Below are positions 57,740 through 64,000 of a stretch of DNA of 64,000 nucleotides, piece after piece. Both the position numbers and the translations under genes were made by a program. The stretch is from Sedimentisphaerales bacterium (GTDB taxonomy: Bacteria; Planctomycetota; Phycisphaerae; Sedimentisphaerales; SM23-30). The stretch's first letter is position 1. Each line of letters starts with the position of its first letter. The DNA lies in assembly GCA_963666285.1 (NCBI GenBank), contig OY762711.1. One strand, 5' to 3'. Under the pieces are notes generated by a model, which ran no database searches, was not told where the DNA came from, and was given only the letters and a program-made list of their open reading frames with translations.

Positions 57740-58804
57740 CTATTCGGTTTTATCTTTTTTCAGCACCTCGCCAGGTAGCGTATAGGTTCCAGGCCACATT
57801 TTACGACCGGGATAGATAAGAGTTCCAATTCCGGTGTGTACATTAGCACCAATAAAAGCACCTAGTTTGCGTCTGCCAGAATCAATTTTCTGTCCATTGA
57901 TGATGGTAGTGTGATTTCCACCGTCATGACGATAATCAGCTGTGATAGTACCGGCACCGAAGTTTCCTCCTTCGCCGATAACAGAGTGAGCTGCATAGCT
58001 ATTATGCTTAGAGGTGAAATTGTCCTCAAGCAAGACATCGTACATTTCCATTCTGCCAGCCTGGACACCTTTGCCAATTATGGTATCTTTCCTAATATAG
58101 GCAAAAGGACCTATAGTACAGTCTTTATCGATGAATACGGGGCCTTCAATATAGGTGTTACTTTTGACAAGTGTGTCACGGCCAATAAATACCGGACCTT
58201 TTATTGTGACATTAGATTCGACCTCCCCGAGTATAGTCTGGCCCTGTAGTCTCCTGACAAGTTCAACATTTGCCTCAAGGTAGTTCCACGGATAAGTCAA
58301 AGGCAGCCAATAATCGGTTACTTCTACAGGCTGCATGGTTCCGGCTACTTCTTTAAGTAATTTGCCACTTGTTACACTTTCGAGCATTTCTGCCGTCATA
58401 TTCAGCATGCAGCATCCCTGGCTGTCTTGAGTCATTCTTCCACCAGGCTGTGCCATCAGTAATTCGACATCAATAGGAGAAAAAACAGATTCACATATAA
58501 AGAATATAAAACCAGCTTCTCCTGAGAGTTTGTCTTTTACTGTTTTAAAGCAGTCTTCCAAGGAAGTAGAAGGTTCAACCTGAATATATGTTATAGGAGT
58601 TTCGTAATAGCTGCTGCCAAGCTGTTCTTCTAGTTTATCTCCTTCAAAACCTTTAAGTATTATGAATTCTTCAACTTTACCAAAAGTGCTAAGATTATGT
58701 TTTATAACCGATTTGTTCAAAGCCTTTAGTAAAGCAGCCGGTTTATTGACGGTATGCGGATGGCATTCAATACTTTTACCCGCGGCATGGCATACTACTT
58801 TCAT
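57740..58804 (-). CDS. Archaeal-type GlmU-like protein (degenerate nucleotidyltransferase domain plus hexapeptide acetyltransferase)
   Basis: YPWNYLEAN, left-handed beta-helix, NFGAGT, RRKLGAFIG; adjacent to glmM. Confidence 0.75.
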   Translation of the reverse strand: MKVVCHAAGKSIECHPHTVNKPAALLKALNKSVIKHNLSTFGKVEEFIILKGFEGDKLEEQLGSSYYETPITYIQVEPSTSLEDCFKTVKDKLSGEAGFIFFICESVFSPIDVELLMAQPGGRMTQDSQGCCMLNMTAEMLESVTSGKLLKEVAGTMQPVEVTDYWLPLTYPWNYLEANVELVRRLQGQTILGEVESNVTIKGPVFIGRDTLVKSNTYIEGPVFIDKDCTIGPFAYIRKDTIIGKGVQAGRMEMYDVLLEDNFTSKHNSYAAHSVIGEGGNFGAGTITADYRHDGGNHTTIINGQKIDSGRRKLGAFIGANVHTGIGTLIYPGRKMWPGTYTLPGEVLKKDKTE

Positions 58805-58840
58805 GTTATGTACCTCACAATTTCAATACAAGCCTTGTTG

Positions 58841-60178
58841 TTATTTGAATAATTTTTTCACTTGTTCGTTATATTCTTTTAATTTCGCTTCGTCTGGTCC
58901 TTCCAGCATAATTCTGCAAACGTTCTGTGTGCCGGAATAGCGTACCAGGAGTCTGCCGCTATCGCCCAGTTCTGCTTCAATTTTTGCAGCGAGGTTCTGA
59001 TATCCTGGTATTTTATCGAGAGGCAGTTTCTCTGAAACTTCAACCTTGTCGAGTACCTGTGGATAAAGGGTAAAAGCTTTGTCTAGTTCGGATAACTTTT
59101 TCCCGCTGTTTTTTACCATCCTGGCGAAATGTATTGCCGAAAGAATACCATCTCCGGTAGTATTATATTTTGTCAGGATGATATGTCCTGATTTTTCGCC
59201 ACCAACAGAATATCCTTTTTTTATCATTTCCTGTATAACATACCGGTCGCCATTGTCGACCCTGGCAGTTTTAATACCGTTTTCTTTCAGTTTTGCGTCA
59301 AGTGCAAGATTAGTATAGTGAGTTACAACGACTGTATCGCCGTCCAGTTTACTGTCAGCTTTATGTGCCATAGCCAGCAAGTAAATTGTAATATCACCAT
59401 CAACAACATCGCCTTTGTCATTTATCATGATCAGGCGATCCGCATCACCGTCAAATGTAACTCCGAAATCAGCCTTATGTTGCGTGACCAGCGGTCCGGT
59501 GTTTTCCGGGTGCATAGCACCGCATCCTTCATTTATATTCAAACCGTTTGGTATATTATTTACAACAACGACTTCAGCGCCAAGTTTTTCTAAAACTTTT
59601 GGTGCAATTTTATAAGCTGCTCCGTTGGCGCAATCAACAACTATTTTCAAACCATTAAGACAATTAGTTTCGACTCCTGAAACCAGGGAATCTATAAACA
59701 TGTCATCGCAATCAATTCTTTCTACAGACCCAACATCGCTACCGGTGATATTGGATGTATCCATAGGATCGTTAAATATTAAGTTTTCAATTTCCAGTTC
59801 AACTTCATCTGGAAGTTTGAACCCGTTACCTGAAAAAAGTTTAATTCCATTATCTTCTGCCGGATTATGGGATGCGGTTATTACAACACCTCCATCAGCA
59901 TTAAGTTTTTTGGCAATAACAGCAACGGCAGGGGTGGGAACAACTCCTATCACTTTCACGTCTGCTCCCATTGATGTCAGACCAGCTATCAGAGCAGATT
60001 CCAGTATTTCACCAGAGATACGTGTGTCACGTCCAATAACAAAAAGTGGTCTTGATTTCTGTCCACGGAAATATTTTGCTGCAGCCTGACCAATTTTCAT
60101 AGCAGTTTCAACATCAAGAGGTTTGGTATTTGCCAGTCCTCGTACGCCATCTGTCCCAAATAGCTTTCTTTCAGACAT
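58841..60178 (-). CDS. glmM: Phosphoglucosamine mutase
   Basis: LFGTDGVRG, ITASHNP, FDGDADR, GGEKSGH, VRYSGT. Confidence 0.95.
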   Translation of the reverse strand: MSERKLFGTDGVRGLANTKPLDVETAMKIGQAAAKYFRGQKSRPLFVIGRDTRISGEILESALIAGLTSMGADVKVIGVVPTPAVAVIAKKLNADGGVVITASHNPAEDNGIKLFSGNGFKLPDEVELEIENLIFNDPMDTSNITGSDVGSVERIDCDDMFIDSLVSGVETNCLNGLKIVVDCANGAAYKIAPKVLEKLGAEVVVVNNIPNGLNINEGCGAMHPENTGPLVTQHKADFGVTFDGDADRLIMINDKGDVVDGDITIYLLAMAHKADSKLDGDTVVVTHYTNLALDAKLKENGIKTARVDNGDRYVIQEMIKKGYSVGGEKSGHIILTKYNTTGDGILSAIHFARMVKNSGKKLSELDKAFTLYPQVLDKVEVSEKLPLDKIPGYQNLAAKIEAELGDSGRLLVRYSGTQNVCRIMLEGPDEAKLKEYNEQVKKLFK

Positions 60179-60470
60179 TTATAAATCCTTGTTAATGTTA
60201 TGTAAATGTATCTATATATTTTCTAATAACTTATCGTCATTTAGTGTCTGTAAGTATAGCAAATTCCACCAAGTTAGTCCAATAGATACATAGTAAATGA
60301 GTAAATGCACTATAGCATGATATATGCTACTATATTGCCCTAGTATATGCTGTTAATAGCGTATCTGGCAATAAGTTTGCCCGGATTATTCATTTGTTGT
60401 TCGGCTTATGTATTTGAACGTTACTATTTCATTGATAAAAGTATATAAATCAGGTTATAATAATAATTCT

Positions 60471-61589
60471 ATGTCAATATTAGACTGTTACGGACAATTC
60501 AGGGCTATTTGCCGGCTGCAGCGAGCTAATGAGTTCGGCCGCCTTCATCATGCCTGCATCTTTCACGGGCCGGAAGGTGTTGGTAAATCTATGCTTGCAA
60601 AATTCTGGGCTCAGTCGCTGCTATGTGAAAATCCTGTCCAGCGACCATTAACAGATTATCCTGGATTTGATCCATCAAGTCCTATAGCTGTTGGAGAGGT
60701 GTCAGATTCATGTGGAGAATGTAAGGAATGCCATTTGGCAGAATCAGGTAATCACCCGGATATTCATATAATCAACCGTGATTTAGCCAGATTTACTTCA
60801 AAAAGTCGCTCCAGTCAGATCTTGTCGATGCCAATCGATGTTATTCGAGAGTATGTAATTGATCAGGCCTGTCATAGCCCGGTGCGAGGCAAAGCAAAGT
60901 TTTTTATTATTGAAGAAGCTGACACGATGCTTTGGCAGGCCCAGAATGCATTATTAAAGACATTAGAAGAGCCGCCTAATGATACTTTTCTTATACTGAT
61001 TACATCTCAGCCAGATAAATTTTTGCAGACAATACGTTCACGCTGCCAGATGGTTAGATTTGATTCTCTTAATACAAATATGATCAAGTCGAAGCTGGTT
61101 GAGCAGGACGTTGAAGCCAATGAGGCAGAATTTTGGGCAGAGTTTTCTGCCGGAAGTCTTGGACAGGCTTTGAATTTGGCAAAAATGGACATATATCATG
61201 TAAAAAAAGAACTTTATGAGAAAATAGCCAAGATAAGCTATCCTTCAGTGATAGACTTTTCGGAGTGGCTTGTTAGTACTGCAAAACAGTATGGTAAGAC
61301 CTATATCGAACATAATCCAAAACATTCATCTAGTGATGCTGCCCGCCAGGGACAATTACTTATGATAGGGCTTATGACTTACGCATTCAGGGCAGCTATG
61401 CTTTATTCTATTGACGGAAGAACGGTATGCCCTGATCAGGCAGGCTCAATTATAGAAATATCTACAAAGTTTGATAATGAAACTTTGAGTGAAATGATAC
61501 GTATCTCGCATAATGCTTGCCAGAGATTGGCTTCAAATGTAAATCCTTCTTTGACTTTCGAGTCACTTTTGTTAGACTATGCCATATGA
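60471..61589 (+). CDS. holB: DNA polymerase III delta' subunit (probable start ATG 60471)
   Basis: GPEGVGK, CGECKEC, HPD, AQNALLKTLEEPP, TIRSRCQ. Confidence 0.93.
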   Translation: MSILDCYGQFRAICRLQRANEFGRLHHACIFHGPEGVGKSMLAKFWAQSLLCENPVQRPLTDYPGFDPSSPIAVGEVSDSCGECKECHLAESGNHPDIHIINRDLARFTSKSRSSQILSMPIDVIREYVIDQACHSPVRGKAKFFIIEEADTMLWQAQNALLKTLEEPPNDTFLILITSQPDKFLQTIRSRCQMVRFDSLNTNMIKSKLVEQDVEANEAEFWAEFSAGSLGQALNLAKMDIYHVKKELYEKIAKISYPSVIDFSEWLVSTAKQYGKTYIEHNPKHSSSDAARQGQLLMIGLMTYAFRAAMLYSIDGRTVCPDQAGSIIEISTKFDNETLSEMIRISHNACQRLASNVNPSLTFESLLLDYAI

Positions 61590-63118
61590 CAGAAAACCAA
61601 GAAAAACATGAACTTAACAATAACAGCCAGTCAGATGATTCTACTGTAAACCAGCAGGAACAAGCATCGGAACCGGCTGCCGATATTGAACAGCAAATAC
61701 CAGAGGAAAGTCAGGTTAGCCAAGAGCAATCCGAACCAATTGAAAGGGAAGTTACTTCTTTTGGTGTAGGTCAAAATAACCTGGAATATCCTGATGATGA
61801 TCAAGATATCGATGCAAATGCTGACCAGGCTGATAGTCAAGATGATAGTATTCGTGATGACAGGAAATATCAGTCAGATAGCCGTGGTAAAAAAAATGTT
61901 CAAAAGGGCGGTAAAAAACCTGATAAATATCGCAAACATATTTTATGCCGCTATGGAAAGATGGGTAATCTTGGTTATTTTGCCCATGATTTAGAGGATT
62001 TTCCCGATAAAGCTACCCATGTTATAGTTAACACGGACCGAGGTTTGGAAATTGCTCAGATTGTAGCTTATGATACCTGTCATAAGAAGGGTAATCTTAC
62101 AATAAAAGAAAGTAAGATAAATAAATACTGCTCAGATAGTTGTGACAATTTTCCACTGGATCGAAAAGGGGCTGTTGTAAGAGTTGCAAGTGAGCAGGAT
62201 GTGCGTGAACAGCAGCATTTGGAAGATGGGGTCGCCAAGGAGCTTAATTATTGTAATCAGCTAATCTCCGAGCAGAATCTGGACATGATTCTGGTTGATG
62301 CCGAACGGTTATTTGGTGGTGAGCGGATTATATTTTATTTTATGGCAGATGGGCGAGTTGATTTTCGTCAGTTAGTCAAAGATTTGGCGCAGCAGTATCA
62401 GACCAGAATCGAGATGCGTCAGATTGGCGCCAGGGATGAAGCCCGGCTTGTGGCAGATTTTGAAACGTGCGGAAGAGAATGCTGCTGCAGAAGTTTCTTA
62501 AAAGTTTTGTATCCTGTAAATATGAGAATGGCTAAACTGCAAAAGGCAACACTTGATCCAAGCAAGATTTCCGGTCGCTGCGGCAGGCTAAAATGTTGTC
62601 TTCGTTTTGAAGATGAGGTATATAACGAGCATAAAAAGAAACTACCCAAAAAGAACAGTGTTGTCCTGACAAGTGAAGGTCATGGCAAGGTTATTGATAC
62701 TCATGTACTTACTTTGCTTGTAAAGGTTTTTCTGACAGAGACAAGTCGTTTAGTTGTAGTAGACCTGGAAGATATACTTGAATTTAATTATACCCCTCCG
62801 GAAAAACCTGAAGTTCCGGAAAATGAGGAAAAATCAAATGATTCTGCCAGAAACAATCAATCTCGCAATAAAGGCAGAAATGGTAATGGCAGGGGTAGAA
62901 ACGGAAATAGCAAACAAAAACGCGACAATAACCGTGAAAAACAAAATGACGAACAGCAGCCAGATGATAGTCAGGATAATTCACAGCAGCTTGAAAATGG
63001 AGAAGACAAGCCGAAGAAAAAGAGAAGGCGTCGCAGGCGAAAGAAAAAGAGTTCCGATGGAAACTCAAATCAGGATTCTTCAGGGAATAATGGAGATTCC
63101 GGTGGAAATGAAAATTAA
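61586..63118 (+). CDS. ricT: PSP1/RicT (YaaT) family protein with disordered termini (probable start ATG 61586)
   Basis: GRVDFRQLVK, RIEMRQIGARDEA, CGRECCC, SGRCGRLKCCL; start overlaps the holB stop. Confidence 0.88.
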   Translation: MTENQEKHELNNNSQSDDSTVNQQEQASEPAADIEQQIPEESQVSQEQSEPIEREVTSFGVGQNNLEYPDDDQDIDANADQADSQDDSIRDDRKYQSDSRGKKNVQKGGKKPDKYRKHILCRYGKMGNLGYFAHDLEDFPDKATHVIVNTDRGLEIAQIVAYDTCHKKGNLTIKESKINKYCSDSCDNFPLDRKGAVVRVASEQDVREQQHLEDGVAKELNYCNQLISEQNLDMILVDAERLFGGERIIFYFMADGRVDFRQLVKDLAQQYQTRIEMRQIGARDEARLVADFETCGRECCCRSFLKVLYPVNMRMAKLQKATLDPSKISGRCGRLKCCLRFEDEVYNEHKKKLPKKNSVVLTSEGHGKVIDTHVLTLLVKVFLTETSRLVVVDLEDILEFNYTPPEKPEVPENEEKSNDSARNNQSRNKGRNGNGRGRNGNSKQKRDNNREKQNDEQQPDDSQDNSQQLENGEDKPKKKRRRRRRKKKSSDGNSNQDSSGNNGDSGGNEN

Positions 63119-63152
63119 GATTAGTTGAAAAGAACCAAAACAGAACAAAATT

Positions 63153-64000
63153 ATGACTAGAAAACTATTAGTAACATCTGCTTTACCTTATGCCAATGGC
63201 TCAATTCATATCGGTCATCTGGTAGAATATTTACAAACTGATATCTGGGTACGCTTCCAGAAATTAATTGGGAATGAATGTCATTATTTCTGTGCAGACG
63301 ATACCCATGGTACGCCTATCATGATTCGTGCCCGTAAAGAAGGTATTACTCCCGAAGAGCTAATTGGCAAGATGCACGAAGAACATCTTCGCGACTTTAC
63401 TGCTTTCGATATTGAGTTTGATAATTACTATTCTACTCATTCCCCTGAAAACAAAGAACTGGCCTCTATGATTTATACCCGGCTCAAAGAGGCGGGGCAC
63501 ATTTCCAGTCGTGAAGTTGAACAGGCATATTGTGAGCATGACAAGATGTTTCTGCCGGACAGGTTTATTCGAGGGACATGTCCAAAATGTAAGGCAGAAG
63601 ATCAGTATGGCGATAATTGTGAAGTTTGTAATGCAACTTATACTCCGCTTGATCTTATCAAGCCGGCCTGCAGCATTTGTGGTAATCCGCCGGTGCAGAA
63701 GAAGTCTACTCATTTCTTTTTCAAATTAGCTGACTTTGAGCCGCAACTCAAGGAATGGATCCACGGTGGTCACGTTCACCAGCAGGTAGCTAATAAACTT
63801 CAGGAATGGTTTGATCAGGGCCTTCGTGACTGGGATATTTCTCGTGATGCTCCTTATTTTGGTTTTGAGATTCCGGGCGAAGAGGGTAAATTTTTCTATG
63901 TCTGGCTTGATGCACCGGTTGGTTATATTGCCAGTACCAAAAACTATTGTGAGAAGAATGGTCTGAACTGGGAAGATTTCTGGATTAATGATGATACTGA
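63153..64000 (+). CDS. metG: Methionine--tRNA ligase, runs off the window end
   Basis: [29 protein letters not shown], Zn knuckles, DWDISR; absent from the ORF track because there is no stop in the window. Confidence 0.95.
   Translation, partial: MTRKLLVTSALPYANGSIHIGHLVEYLQTDIWVRFQKLIGNECHYFCADDTHGTPIMIRARKEGITPEELIGKMHEEHLRDFTAFDIEFDNYYSTHSPENKELASMIYTRLKEAGHISSREVEQAYCEHDKMFLPDRFIRGTCPKCKAEDQYGDNCEVCNATYTPLDLIKPACSICGNPPVQKKSTHFFFKLADFEPQLKEWIHGGHVHQQVANKLQEWFDQGLRDWDISRDAPYFGFEIPGEEGKFFYVWLDAPVGYIASTKNYCEKNGLNWEDFWINDDT

Noticed and set aside
63360..63729. Short ORFs near the window end
   Set aside because: Shadows of metG, which starts at 63153.

Overview
Bacterial chromosome segment, probably from Planctomycetota/Phycisphaerae (inferred from PEP-CTERM, DPNDPN-motif, GLUG-like and PilX-like proteins). 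A ~40.5 kb siphovirus-like prophage (4898-45449) is integrated in the 3' half of a tRNA-Leu(TAG), bounded by a 59-bp att repeat. It carries a tyrosine integrase, HK97/lambda-like head and tail genes, a G/GT -1 frameshift, an HNH-cos-terS-terL packaging module, an intein-containing helicase, a primase, ERF/SSB genes and surface-protein cargo. The main candidate new system is phage-encoded mucin-type O-glycosylation of the virion. A 1191-aa protein between terL and portal has an N-terminal polypeptide-GalNAc-transferase(GT27)-like domain, three GT2-like domains and a SAM methyltransferase. It is followed by a DUF616-type glycosyltransferase, and the tail module encodes a very Ser-rich, mucin-like protein as a plausible acceptor. 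Other unexplained structure includes a ~425-bp ORF-free hairpin-rich region, a family of terminator/antiterminator leaders, a ~70-bp element repeated before three late genes, and CsrA-type AAGGAT-loop hairpins. Host flanks: GH92 mannosidase and a divergent serpin-domain protein on the left; nitroreductase, psd, priA, an IS, a PilX-like gene, a HAD hydrolase, aspS, ugd, a glmU-like gene, glmM, holB, ricT and the start of metG on the right. All family assignments come from motifs read by eye, not database searches.
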